DNA of 64,000 nucleotides from Lingula anatina (Eukaryota; Animalia; Brachiopoda). The notes beneath the pieces are model-generated. The model ran no database searches. It was not told the DNA's origin and saw only the letters and a list, made by a program, of their open reading frames with translations. Below, in pieces: positions 12,134 through 24,500 of the stretch. Position 1 is the first letter of the stretch, and each line of letters begins with the position of its first letter. The translations under genes and the position numbers were made by a program. Location of the stretch: the NCBI GenBank assembly GCA_051362555.1, contig CM120643.1, positions 3,720,001 to 3,784,000 of the forward strand, written 5' to 3'.

Positions 12134-15100
12134 ATGTTACGCATCGGTATGAGAAATATTAGAGGATTAGCAAAGAAACTTACTGATGAAAACTTTGTTG
12201 AGATGGTCGAAAATTTTGATATATTCATATGTGTAGAAACTTTTAGCACCCTGAGATCAAAAATGGTCCTACCTAGTGGAACACATGGCCACTTCTACAA
12301 AATAAAAACAAAAAAGAAAACAAAAGGACGCCCATCCGGCGGTATAGTCATATATTACAGAAAACAATTTAGTGGTGCTCTTCATGTAATGTCTAGCAAA
12401 AGTGAGAATACCTTATGGATAAGGCTACCAGGACAGTGTTTCGGTCTCCAAAAAGACTTATTCGTGTGTGCAGTATATATTAAGCCAAAGAATGGGAGAT
12501 TTGATGAAGCTACCTTTGACATCCTTGAAGAGGAAATAGCTCAGTATCAATCAGATGGCATGATATGCCTCATGGGTGATTTTAACGCTAGAACTGGTAC
12601 ACTCCCAGATTATATCAAAAATGATAACACACACGGTATCCCAGTGCCTGGTAGCCACCCCACAGATATGCTCACTCCTGCTCGGAACAACTTAGACAGT
12701 ATCATAAACTCTCAGGGAAGAACCCTTGTAGAATTATGCATTAGCAGCAATTTGAGAATACTGAATGGAAGAGTGTTAGGAAATTCATTAGGGTACTACA
12801 CATGTTACAATCAAAATGGCTGTAGTGCAGTGGATTATGCAGTTTTGAGTGATAAGTTAGTTGATAGTGTAAAGTATTTCACTGTTCACCCAATTGACTA
12901 TATCTCAGATCACTGTCTTCTAGATCTCACAATTGCAAGTAAGGGTTTCAAGGAGTCACCAAAAATTATTCCGCTTCAAAAATTCAAAGATCAGTACATC
13001 TGGGGCAATGACTCTGCAGATAAATTTCTTAGTGAACTGGAAAGTGAAAAAAACATAGAAGCCATATGTGAATTTCAAACTACCACCTTCCCAACTACTA
13101 AAGAGGGAGTAAATAAGGCATGTCAGTCTTTTAATAAAATCCTAGATGGCGCGGCTAGTGCATCACTGCGTACAAAAAGAATGTCAAAGAAAAATAGTAA
13201 TCCAAGAAAAGGGAATAAAAAACAGCCCTGGTTTGACAATCAATGCATCGAAGTAAAACGGAATGTTAAACACCTTGGGAGACTACTCCACAAAAACCCG
13301 AATAATCACTTTATCTCTCACACTTATCATCAAGCTTGCAAAAAGTACAAACAACTTCTGAAAAAGAAAAAACAAGAACATAAAGACAACCTCCTTGAAA
13401 AGCTTTTGAACATTGAAGAAAAGAACCCCAAAGAATTTTGGCAAATTATCAAAAAACTTAAAAAAGAAGAGGATCAGAACAACCTTATTGCCCCTGATGT
13501 ATGGCACAATTACTTCCAACAACTGTGTGGTATCCCGCCTCCAGGTGACAATGATATTGATGATGAATTGAAAAAATATGAAGATTGCCCTGGGAATCCC
13601 AAACTAGATGACCCTATAACCATTCTGGAGGTCCAAAAAGCACTCAGAAAGCTAAAAAATGGCAAAGCACCTGGGGCAGATAGCATACGAAATGAAATGC
13701 TTAAGACTGGGCGACCATACCTAACTGGTGCGATGACTAAAATTTTTAACCTGGTCTTAAACTCTGGTGAGATCCCTGATGCTTGGAATTTAGGCATAGT
13801 CATACCACTCTATAAGTCTGGTGAGTGTCTGGATCCCTCAAATTACAGGGGTCTTTGCATTACAAGCTGTTTGGGTAAGTTATTTAATTCTATTCTGGCA
13901 AATAGGCTAACTGACTTGATTGAAAAGGAAGGCAAACTCAGCGAAGAACAGGGTGGGTTCAGACCAAGTTACAGAACAACTGATCACATTTTCACACTTA
14001 AATCAATTATTAACAGATATACAAATCAAAATAGGAAGGTCTATGCATGTTTTATTGATTTTAAAAAGGCATTTGATTCGGTATGGCACAAAGGTCTATT
14101 ACTCAAATTACAGAAACTTGGAATAGGAGGAAAATTTTACAATCTGATTAAACATATGTACAAAAATACTAAATTAGGAATCTCCACAGGCAACAGCTAT
14201 ACCAAACCTTTTTTTGCTAAGATTGGAATCCGCCAAGGGGATAATCTAAGCCCAACACTCTTTAATATATTTATAGACGACATAAAAGAATCCTTCCACA
14301 CATGCAAAGCCACAGACAAGGTAGATGGCATCAATCACATACTCTATGCCGATGATCTGGTCCTACTGTCAAGAACAAAGGATGGACTGCAAAATCTACT
14401 GAACAAATTAGAACAGTACTGTCAAAAGTGGAAGTTACACATTAATACAAAGAAAACAAAAATAATGGTGTTTAGGAAGAAGGGCAAACTTGACCATCAA
14501 ACAAAATTTTACATAAATGATGAACCCATAGAAGAAGTAAAACAATACCCATATTTGGGAATAGTTTTCTCCAATACTGGCTCATTAAAGGAAGCAATTG
14601 AAAATTTAAAGAAAAAGGCCCTAAAAGCCCTGTTTTCCCTTAAAGGAGCACTTGCCTCTCAAAACATCTCCAAACCTCTTTTGTGCATGAACTTATTTGA
14701 CAAACTCATCAAACCAATTTTGCTTTATGGTAGTGAGGTCTGGTCACAGGAGATACTAAAACAGAAAAACATGTCTCTGAAAAAGATTAATAAAATGCCA
14801 TTCGAACAGGTACACTTGAAATTTTGCAAATGGATTTTAGGTCTAAGAAAGCAGGCTAGCAATACCATGTCTAGAGCCGAACTCGGCAGGTACCCTATTT
14901 TTCCAACTATAGCTAAACTTGTCCAAAGATATAGTCTTAGACTGGAACAACTACCAGATAATAGAATTGTAAAACAGGTGTACAATCTTGAGCAAGACAC
15001 AAAGGGAAACACATGGACAGAATCCATCCAATCTTTTCACAATTGTTGGGGTTTCTCAGAAGATAACAACCCACCAAAGAAATTACATCAAATAGAAAAC

Positions 15101-15577
15101 CTAGTAGAAAAATTGAACATAAAAATCGAAAAACTCTTTTGGCAGGAATTAAATAGTTCGACCTCAAACAAATTAAGGACATACAAAACAATTAAAAAAT
15201 CTTATGAATGTGAAAATTACATCAAAATGAGTGTCTCACCCTTAGATATCAAAACACTAGCAAAAATTAGACTAAGTGACCACGACCTAGCAATAGAAAG
15301 GGGCCGATACACAAACCCTAAAACTCCACTTGATGAGAGAAAATGTAAAGCTTGCAACTGTGTAGAGGATGAAAAACATTTCCTCACAGAATGCACAAGA
15401 TACACTGTTGAGAGGCAACGAATGCATGATGAACTACTGAAAATCAGTGTAGTGGGTCTAGATGACAGTGATCAGATATTGTCAATTCTCCTTAATCCAC
15501 CCTGTCATAAAAGTCTCAAAGTAATAGCAGAATTTGTAAAGACTGCTGTTAAAATACATAGTTCACCTGAAATCTAG
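12134..15577 (+). CDS. LINE ORF2: AP endonuclease, reverse transcriptase and C-terminal CCHC motif, intact 1147 aa
   Basis: APE motifs NIRG, VET, GDFNA, SDH; RT motifs KAPGAD, QGDNLSP, YADD, YLG; PILLYGSEVW; CKACNCVEDEKHFLTEC. Confidence 0.96.
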   Translation: MLRIGMRNIRGLAKKLTDENFVEMVENFDIFICVETFSTLRSKMVLPSGTHGHFYKIKTKKKTKGRPSGGIVIYYRKQFSGALHVMSSKSENTLWIRLPGQCFGLQKDLFVCAVYIKPKNGRFDEATFDILEEEIAQYQSDGMICLMGDFNARTGTLPDYIKNDNTHGIPVPGSHPTDMLTPARNNLDSIINSQGRTLVELCISSNLRILNGRVLGNSLGYYTCYNQNGCSAVDYAVLSDKLVDSVKYFTVHPIDYISDHCLLDLTIASKGFKESPKIIPLQKFKDQYIWGNDSADKFLSELESEKNIEAICEFQTTTFPTTKEGVNKACQSFNKILDGAASASLRTKRMSKKNSNPRKGNKKQPWFDNQCIEVKRNVKHLGRLLHKNPNNHFISHTYHQACKKYKQLLKKKKQEHKDNLLEKLLNIEEKNPKEFWQIIKKLKKEEDQNNLIAPDVWHNYFQQLCGIPPPGDNDIDDELKKYEDCPGNPKLDDPITILEVQKALRKLKNGKAPGADSIRNEMLKTGRPYLTGAMTKIFNLVLNSGEIPDAWNLGIVIPLYKSGECLDPSNYRGLCITSCLGKLFNSILANRLTDLIEKEGKLSEEQGGFRPSYRTTDHIFTLKSIINRYTNQNRKVYACFIDFKKAFDSVWHKGLLLKLQKLGIGGKFYNLIKHMYKNTKLGISTGNSYTKPFFAKIGIRQGDNLSPTLFNIFIDDIKESFHTCKATDKVDGINHILYADDLVLLSRTKDGLQNLLNKLEQYCQKWKLHINTKKTKIMVFRKKGKLDHQTKFYINDEPIEEVKQYPYLGIVFSNTGSLKEAIENLKKKALKALFSLKGALASQNISKPLLCMNLFDKLIKPILLYGSEVWSQEILKQKNMSLKKINKMPFEQVHLKFCKWILGLRKQASNTMSRAELGRYPIFPTIAKLVQRYSLRLEQLPDNRIVKQVYNLEQDTKGNTWTESIQSFHNCWGFSEDNNPPKKLHQIENLVEKLNIKIEKLFWQELNSSTSNKLRTYKTIKKSYECENYIKMSVSPLDIKTLAKIRLSDHDLAIERGRYTNPKTPLDERKCKACNCVEDEKHFLTECTRYTVERQRMHDELLKISVVGLDDSDQILSILLNPPCHKSLKVIAEFVKTAVKIHSSPEI

Positions 15578-18500
15578 TATATCACAGCCACTTATTGTCA
15601 ATAATGCTGTGAATAGCTTAATTAATTAATATTATAGCATAATTTGCATTAACACATGTATGATTTAACATACTACATATGTAAACATATATAATTGTAT
15701 ACCCATATATATATTATGTAAATATTGTAGTCTAGAGAGCCTGCAAATGTATTCACATCATTTAGTGCTCAATAAACTTATTATTATTATTATTATTATA
15801 GGTAATTTGCAAACTCCTACACAAACAACCTCAAATCATCACATTTGCTATTTTATTTTATAATCACATTGCAAAATTATTAACATTTAACTATTTTAAG
15901 GCATGGAATTTGCCAGATTTTTCAGTGTAATTTTCAGTTTTTTCAAGGATATTGTCGAAAGAAGATACTTTTCATTAGACACAGTTATTTGATCAGCTTA
16001 TCACAGGTTTTTATTGTTGTTAAGCATCATTTGTACAAATTTCAGAAACACTGGACTAGATTTGACAAAATTATTAACGTTTAACTATTTGAAGTCCTTG
16101 GATTTGCCAGTCTTTTCAATGTAAATTTCATTTTTTCCAAATATTTTGTCCCAAAAAACACTTTTCATTAAATACAGTCAACAGATCATCTAATCACAGA
16201 TTTTTATTATTGTTAAGCATCATTTGTACAAATTTCAGAAATATTGGACAAGATTTGAAAATTTTATTAACGTTTAACTATTTTAAGTCATGAGATTTGC
16301 CAGTGTTTTCAACGTAAATTTCAGTTTTCCCAAATATGTTGTCCCAAAAAACACTTTTCATTAAATACAGTCAACAGATCATCTAATCACAGATTTTTAT
16401 TGTTGTTAAGCATCATTTGTACAAATTTCAGAAATATTGGACAAGATTTGAAAAAATTATTAACGTTTAACTATTTTATGTCGTGGAATTTGCCAGCGTT
16501 TTCTATGTTATTTTCAGTTTTTTCAGTTATATTGTTCTTTTTCCAGAGTACCTTTACCATGAAGATGCAGGCAGCGAAAGACAGCACCAAGAGCAGCACT
16601 ATGTCTTATCCATGTGTACAATACATGATATGTGGCAAGATTTAGGACATTGTCAAATGTTGTGATAACAGCAACCCATTCCAGAAACCCATTGTAAGGA
16701 GTAATCTGCATCTGGCATTGATAGTAAGGAGAAGTCTTGTATAGGTATATATTGTTTTCCAGATAACAGTTATAGGTAATTTGCAACCTCCTACACAAAC
16801 AACCTCAAATCATCACATTTGCTATTTTATTTTATAATCACATTGCAAAATTATTAACATTTAACTATTTTAAGGCATGGAATTTGCCAGATTTTTCAGT
16901 GTAATTTTCAGTTTTTTTCAAGGATATTGTCGAAAGAAGATACTTTTCATTAGACACAGTCATTTGATCAGCTTATCACAGGTTTTTATTGCTGTTAACC
17001 ATCATTTGTACAAATTTCAGAAATATTGGACAAGATTTGAAAAAATTATTAACGTTTAACTATTTAATGTCGTGGAATTTACCAGTGTTTTCAATGTAAA
17101 TTTCATTTTTCCCAAATATGTTGTCCCAAAAAACACTTTTCATTAGATACAGTGAACAGATCATCTAATCACAGATTTTTATTATTGTTAAGCATCATTT
17201 GTACAAATTTCAGAAATATTGGACAAGATTTGAAAATTTTATTAACGTTTAACTATTTTAAGTCATGAGATTTGCCAATGTTTTCAATGTAAATTTCAGT
17301 TTTCCCAAATATGTTGTCCCAAAAAAAAAAACTTTTCATTAGATGCAGTCAACAGATCATCTAATCACAGATTTTTATTGTTGTTAAGCATCATTTGCAA
17401 GAATTTCAGAAATATTGGACAAGATTTGAAAAAATTATTAACGTTTAACTATTTGATGTCGTGGAATTTGCCAGCGTTTTCTATGTTATTTTCAGTTTTT
17501 TCAGTTATATTGTTCTTTTTCCAGAGTACCTTTACCATGAAGATGCAGGCAGCGAAAGACAGCACCAAGAGCAGCACTATGTCTTATCCATGTGTACAAT
17601 ACACGATATGTGGCAAGATTTAGGACATTGTCAAATGTTGTGATAACAACAACCCATTCCAGAAACCCATTGTAAGGTGTAATCTGCATCTGGCATTGAT
17701 AGTAAGGAGAAGTCTTGTATGGGTATATATTGTTTTTCAGATAACAGTTATAGGTAATTTGCAACCTCCTACACAAACAACCTCAAATCATCACATTTGC
17801 TATTTTATTTTATAATCACGTGCAAAATTATTAACATTTAACTATTTTAAGGCATGGAATTTGCCAGATTTTTCAGTGTAATTTTCAGTTTTTTTCAAGG
17901 ATATTGTCGAAAGAAGATACTTTTCATTAGACACAGTCATTTGATCAGCTTATCACAGGTTTTTATTGTTGTTAAGCATCATTTGTACAAATTTCAGAAA
18001 TATTATACAAGATTTGACAAAATTATTAACGTTTAACTATTTGAAGTCCTTTGATTTGCCAGTCTTTTCAATGTAAATTTCAGTTTTCCCTAATATGTTG
18101 TCCCAAAAAACACTTTTCATTAGATACAGTGAACAGATCATCTAATCACAGATTTTTATTATTGTTAAACATCATTTGTACAAATTTCAGAAATATTGGA
18201 CAAGATTTGAAAATTTTATTAACGTTTATCTATTTTAAGTCATGAGATTTGCCAGTGTTTTCAACGTAAATTTCAGTTTTCCCAAATATGTTGTCCCAAA
18301 AAACACTTTTCATTAAATACAGTCAACAGATCATCTAATCACAGATTTTTATTGTTGTTAAGCATCATTTGTACAAATTTCTGAAATATTGGACAAGATT
18401 TGAAAAAATTGTTAACGTTTAACTATTTGAAGTCCTTGGATTTGCCAGTCTTTTCAATGTTAATTTCAGTTGTCCTAAATTAATTGTCCCAAAAAACACT

Positions 18501-21500
18501 TTTCATTAGATACAGTCAACAGATCATCTAATCACAGATTTTTATTGTTGTTAAGCATCATTTGTACAAATTTCAGAAATATTACACAAGATTTGACAAA
18601 ATTATTAACGTTTAACTATTTGAAGTCCTTGGATTTGCCAGTCTTTTCAATGTAAATTTCATTTTTCCCAAATATGTTGTCCTAAAAAACACTTTTCATT
18701 AGATACAGTCAACAGATCATCTAATCACAGATTTTAATTATTGTTAAGCATCATTTGTACAAATTTCAGAAATATTGGACAAGATTTGAAAATTTTATTA
18801 ACGTTTAACTATTTTAAGTCATGAAATTTGCCAGTGTTTTCAACGTAAATTTCAGTTTTCCCAAATATGTTGTCCCAAAAAACACTTTTCATTAAATACA
18901 GTCAACAAATCATCTAATCACAGATTTTTATTGTTGTTAAGCATCATTTGTACAAATTTCAGAAATATTGGACAAGATTTGAAAAAATTATTAACGTTTA
19001 ACTATTTTATGTCGTGGAATTTGCCAGTGTTTTCTATGTTATTTTCAGTTTTTTCAGTTATATTGTTCTTTTTCCAGAGTACCTTTACCATGAAGATGCA
19101 GGCAGCGAAAGACAGCACCAAGAGCAGCACTATGTCTTATCCATGTGTACAATACATGATATGTGGCAAGATTTAGGACATTGTCAAATGTTGTGATAAC
19201 AGCAACCCATTCCAGAAACCCATTGTAAGGAGTAATCTGCATCTGGCATTGATAGTAAGGAGAAGTCTTCTATGGATATATATTGTTTTCCAGATAACAG
19301 TTATAGGTAATTTGCAAACTCCTACACAAACAACCTCAAATCATCACATTTGCTATTTTATTTCATAATCGCATTGCAAAATTATTAACATTTAACTATT
19401 TTAAGCCATGGAATTTGCCAGATTTTTCAGTGTAATTTTCAGTTTTTTTCAAGGATATTGTCGAAAGAAGATACTTTTCATTAGACACAGTCATTTGATC
19501 AGCTTATCACAGGTTTTTATTGTTGTTTAGCATCATTTGTACAAATTTCAGAAACACTGGACTAGATTTGACAAAATTATTAACGTTTAACTATTTGAAG
19601 TCCTTGGATTTGCCAGATCTTTTCAATGTAAATTTCATTTTTCCCAAATATGTTGTCCCAAAAAACACTTTTCATTAGATACAGTCATCAGATCATCTAA
19701 TCACAGATTTTTATGATTGTTAAGCATCATTGGTACAAATTTCAGAAATATTGGACAAGATTTGAAAATTTTATTAACGTTTAACTATTTTAAGTCATGA
19801 GATTTGCCAGTGTTTTCAACGTAAATTTCAGTTTTCCCAAATATGTTGTCCCAAAAAACACTTTTCATTAAATACAGTCAACAGATCATCTAATCACAGA
19901 TTTTTATTGTTGTTAAGCATCATTTGTACAAATTTCAGAAATATTGGACAAGATTTGAAAAAATTATTAACGTTTAACTATTTTATGTCGTGGAATTTGC
20001 CAGCGTTTTCTATGTTATTTTCAGTTTTTTCAGTTATATTGTTCTTTTTCCAGAGTACCTTTACCATGAAGATGCAGGCAGCAAAAGACAGCACCAAGAG
20101 CAGCACTATGTCTTATCCATGTGTACAATACATGATATGTGGCATGATTTAGGACATTGTCAAATGTTGTGATAACAGCAACCCATTCCAGAAACCCATT
20201 GTAAGGAGTAATCTGCATCTGGCATTGATAGTAAGGAGAAGTCTTCTATGGATATATATTGTTTTCCAGATAACAGTTATAGGTAATTTGCAAACTCCTA
20301 CACAAACAACCTCAAATCATCACATTTGCTATTTTATTTTATAATCACATTGCAAAATTATTAACATTTAACTATTTTAAGGCATGGAATTTGCCAGATT
20401 TTTCAGTGTAATTTTCAGTTTTTTCAAGGATATTGTCGAAAGAAGATACTTTTCATTAGACACAGTTATTTGATCAGCTTATCACAGGTTTTTATTGTTG
20501 TTAAGCATCATTTGTACAAATTTCAGAAACACTGGACTAGATTTGACAAAATTATTAACGTTTAACTATTTGAAGTCCTTGGATTTGCCAGTCTTTTCAA
20601 TGTAAATTTCATTTTTTCCAAATATTTTGTCCCAAAAAACACTTTTCATTAAATACAGTCAACAGATCATCTAATCACAGATTTTTATTATTGTTAAGCA
20701 TCATTTGTACAAATTTCAGAAATATTGGACAAGATTTGAAAATTTTATTAACGTTTAACTATTTTAAGTCATGAGATTTGCCAGTGTTTTCAACGTAAAT
20801 TTCAGTTTTCCCAAATATGTTGTCCCAAAAAACACTTTTCATTAAATACAGTCAACAGATCATCTAATCACAGATTTTTATTGTTGTTAAGCATCATTTG
20901 TACAAATTTCAGAAATATTGGACAAGATTTGAAAAAATTATTAACGTTTAACTATTTTATGTCGTGGAATTTGCCAGCGTTTTCTATGTTATTTTCAGTT
21001 TTTTCAGTTATATTGTTCTTTTTCCAGAGTACCTTTACCATGAAGATGCAGGCAGCGAAAGACAGCACCAAGAGCAGCACTATGTCTTATCCATGTGTAC
21101 AATACATGATATGTGGCAAGATTTAGGACATTGTCAAATGTTGTGATAACAGCAACCCATTCCAGAAACCCATTGTAAGGAGTAATCTGCATCTGGCATT
21201 GATAGTAAGGAGAAGTCTTCTATGGATATATATTGTTTTCCAGATAACAGTTATAGGTAATTTGCAAACTCCTACACAAACAACCTCAAATCATCACATT
21301 TGCTATTTTATTTTATAATCACATTGCAAAATTATTAACATTTAACTATTTTAAGGCATGGAATTTGCCAGATTTTTCAGTGTAATTTTCAGTTTTTTCA
21401 AGGATATTGTCGAAAGAAGATACTTTTCATTAGACACAGTTATTTGATCAGCTTATCACAGGTTTTTATTGTTGTTAAGCATCATTTGTACAAATTTCAG

Positions 21501-24500
21501 AAACACTGGACTAGATTTGACAAAATTATTAACGTTTAACTATTTGAAGTCCTTGGATTTGCCAGTCTTTTCAATGTAAATTTCATTTTTTCCAAATATT
21601 TTGTCCCAAAAAACACTTTTCATTAAATACAGTCAACAGATCATCTAATCACAGATTTTTATTATTGTTAAGCATCATTTGTACAAATTTCAGAAATATT
21701 GGACAAGATTTGAAAATTTTATTAACGTTTAACTATTTTAAGTCATGAGATTTGCCAGTGTTTTCAACGTAAATTTCAGTTTTCCCAAATATGTTGTCCC
21801 AAAAAACACTTTTCATTAAATACAGTCAACAGATCATCTAATCACAGATTTTTATTGTTGTTAAGCATCATTTGTACAAATTTCAGAAATATTGGACAAG
21901 ATTTGAAAAAATTATTAACGTTTAACTATTTTATGTCGTGGAATTTGCCAGCGTTTTCTATGTTATTTTCAGTTTTTTCAGTTATATTGTTCTTTTTCCA
22001 GAGTACCTTTACCATGAAGATGCAGGCAGCGAAAGACAGCACCAAGAGCAGCACTATGTCTTATCCATGTGTACAATACATGATATGTGGCAAGATTTAG
22101 GACATTGTCAAATGTTGTGATAACAGCAACCCATTCCAGAAACCCATTGTAAGGAGTAATCTGCATCTGGCATTGATAGTAAGGAGAAGTCTTGTATAGG
22201 TATATATTGTTTTCCAGATAACAGTTATAGGTAATTTGCAACCTCCTACACAAACAACCTCAAATCATCACATTTGCTATTTTATTTTATAATCACATTG
22301 CAAAATTATTAACATTTAACTATTTTAAGGCATGGAATTTGCCAGATTTTTCAGTGTAATTTTCAGTTTTTTTCAAGGATATTGTCGAAAGAAGATACTT
22401 TTCATTAGACACAGTCATTTGATCAGCTTATCACAGGTTTTTATTGCTGTTAACCATCATTTGTACAAATTTCAGAAATATTGGACAAGATTTGAAAAAA
22501 TTATTAACGTTTAACTATTTAATGTCGTGGAATTTACCAGTGTTTTCAATGTAAATTTCATTTTTCCCAAATATGTTGTCCCAAAAAACACTTTTCATTA
22601 GATACAGTGAACAGATCATCTAATCACAGATTTTTATTATTGTTAAGCATCATTTGTACAAATTTCAGAAATATTGGACAAGATTTGAAAATTTTATTAA
22701 CGTTTAACTATTTTAAGTCATGAGATTTGCCAATGTTTTCAATGTAAATTTCAGTTTTCCCAAATATGTTGTCCCAAAAAAAAAAACTTTTCATTAGATG
22801 CAGTCAACAGATCATCTAATCACAGATTTTTATTGTTGTTAAGCATCATTTGCAAGAATTTCAGAAATATTGGACAAGATTTGAAAAAATTATTAACGTT
22901 TAACTATTTGATGTCGTGGAATTTGCCAGCGTTTTCTATGTTATTTTCAGTTTTTTCAGTTATATTGTTCTTTTTCCAGAGTACCTTTACCATGAAGATG
23001 CAGGCAGCGAAAGACAGCACCAAGAGCAGCACTATGTCTTATCCATGTGTACAATACACGATATGTGGCAAGATTTAGGACATTGTCAAATGTTGTGATA
23101 ACAACAACCCATTCCAGAAACCCATTGTAAGGTGTAATCTGCATCTGGCATTGATAGTAAGGAGAAGTCTTGTATGGGTATATATTGTTTTTCAGATAAC
23201 AGTTATAGGTAATTTGCAACCTCCTACACAAACAACCTCAAATCATCACATTTGCTATTTTATTTTATAATCACGTGCAAAATTATTAACATTTAACTAT
23301 TTTAAGGCATGGAATTTGCCAGATTTTTCAGTGTAATTTTCAGTTTTTTTCAAGGATATTGTCGAAAGAAGATACTTTTCATTAGACACAGTCATTTGAT
23401 CAGCTTATCACAGGTTTTTATTGTTGTTAAGCATCATTTGTACAAATTTCAGAAATATTATACAAGATTTGACAAAATTATTAACGTTTAACTATTTGAA
23501 GTCCTTTGATTTGCCAGTCTTTTCAATGTAAATTTCAGTTTTCCCTAATATGTTGTCCCAAAAAACACTTTTCATTAGATACAGTGAACAGATCATCTAA
23601 TCACAGATTTTTATTATTGTTAAACATCATTTGTACAAATTTCAGAAATATTGGACAAGATTTGAAAATTTTATTAACGTTTATCTATTTTAAGTCATGA
23701 GATTTGCCAGTGTTTTCAACGTAAATTTCAGTTTTCCCAAATATGTTGTCCCAAAAAACACTTTTCATTAAATACAGTCAACAGATCATCTAATCACAGA
23801 TTTTTATTGTTGTTAAGCATCATTTGTACAAATTTCTGAAATATTGGACAAGATTTGAAAAAATTGTTAACGTTTAACTATTTGAAGTCCTTGGATTTGC
23901 CAGTCTTTTCAATGTAAATTTCATTTTTCCCAAATATGTTGTCCCAAAAAACACTTTTCATTAGATACAGTCAACAGATCATCTAATCACAGATTTTAAT
24001 TATTGTTAAGCATCATTTGTACAAATTTCAGAAATATTGGACAAGATTTGAAAATTTTATTAACGTTTAACTATTTTAAGTCATGAAATTTGCCAGTGTT
24101 TTCAACGTAAATTTCAGTTTTCCCAAATATGTTGTCCCAAAAAACACTTTTCATTAAATACAGTCAACAGATCATCTAATCACAGATTTTTATTGTTGTT
24201 AAGCATCATTTGTACAAATTTCAGAAATATTGGACAAGATTTGAAAAAATTATTAACGTTTAACTATTTTATGTCGTGGAATTTGCCAGCGTTTTCTATG
24301 TTATTTTCAGTTTTTTCAGTTATATTGTTCTTTTTCCAGAGTACCTTTACCATGAAGATGCAGGCAGCGAAAGACAGCACCAAGAGCAGCACTATGTCTT
24401 ATCCATGTGTACAATACATGATATGTGGCATGATTTAGGACATTGTCAAATGTTGTGATAACAGCAACCCATTCCAGAAACCCATTGTAAGGAGTAATCT

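Larger units (their letters stand above)
10422..15795 (+). mobile_element. 5'-truncated two-ORF non-LTR retrotransposon, RTE-X-like, inserted in the array
   Basis: Splits the host sequence ATAACAG|TTATAGG exactly (6348-974 = 5374 bp); esterase ORF1, APE-RT ORF2, 3' AATAAA and (TTA)n tail; no TSD. Confidence 0.93.
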
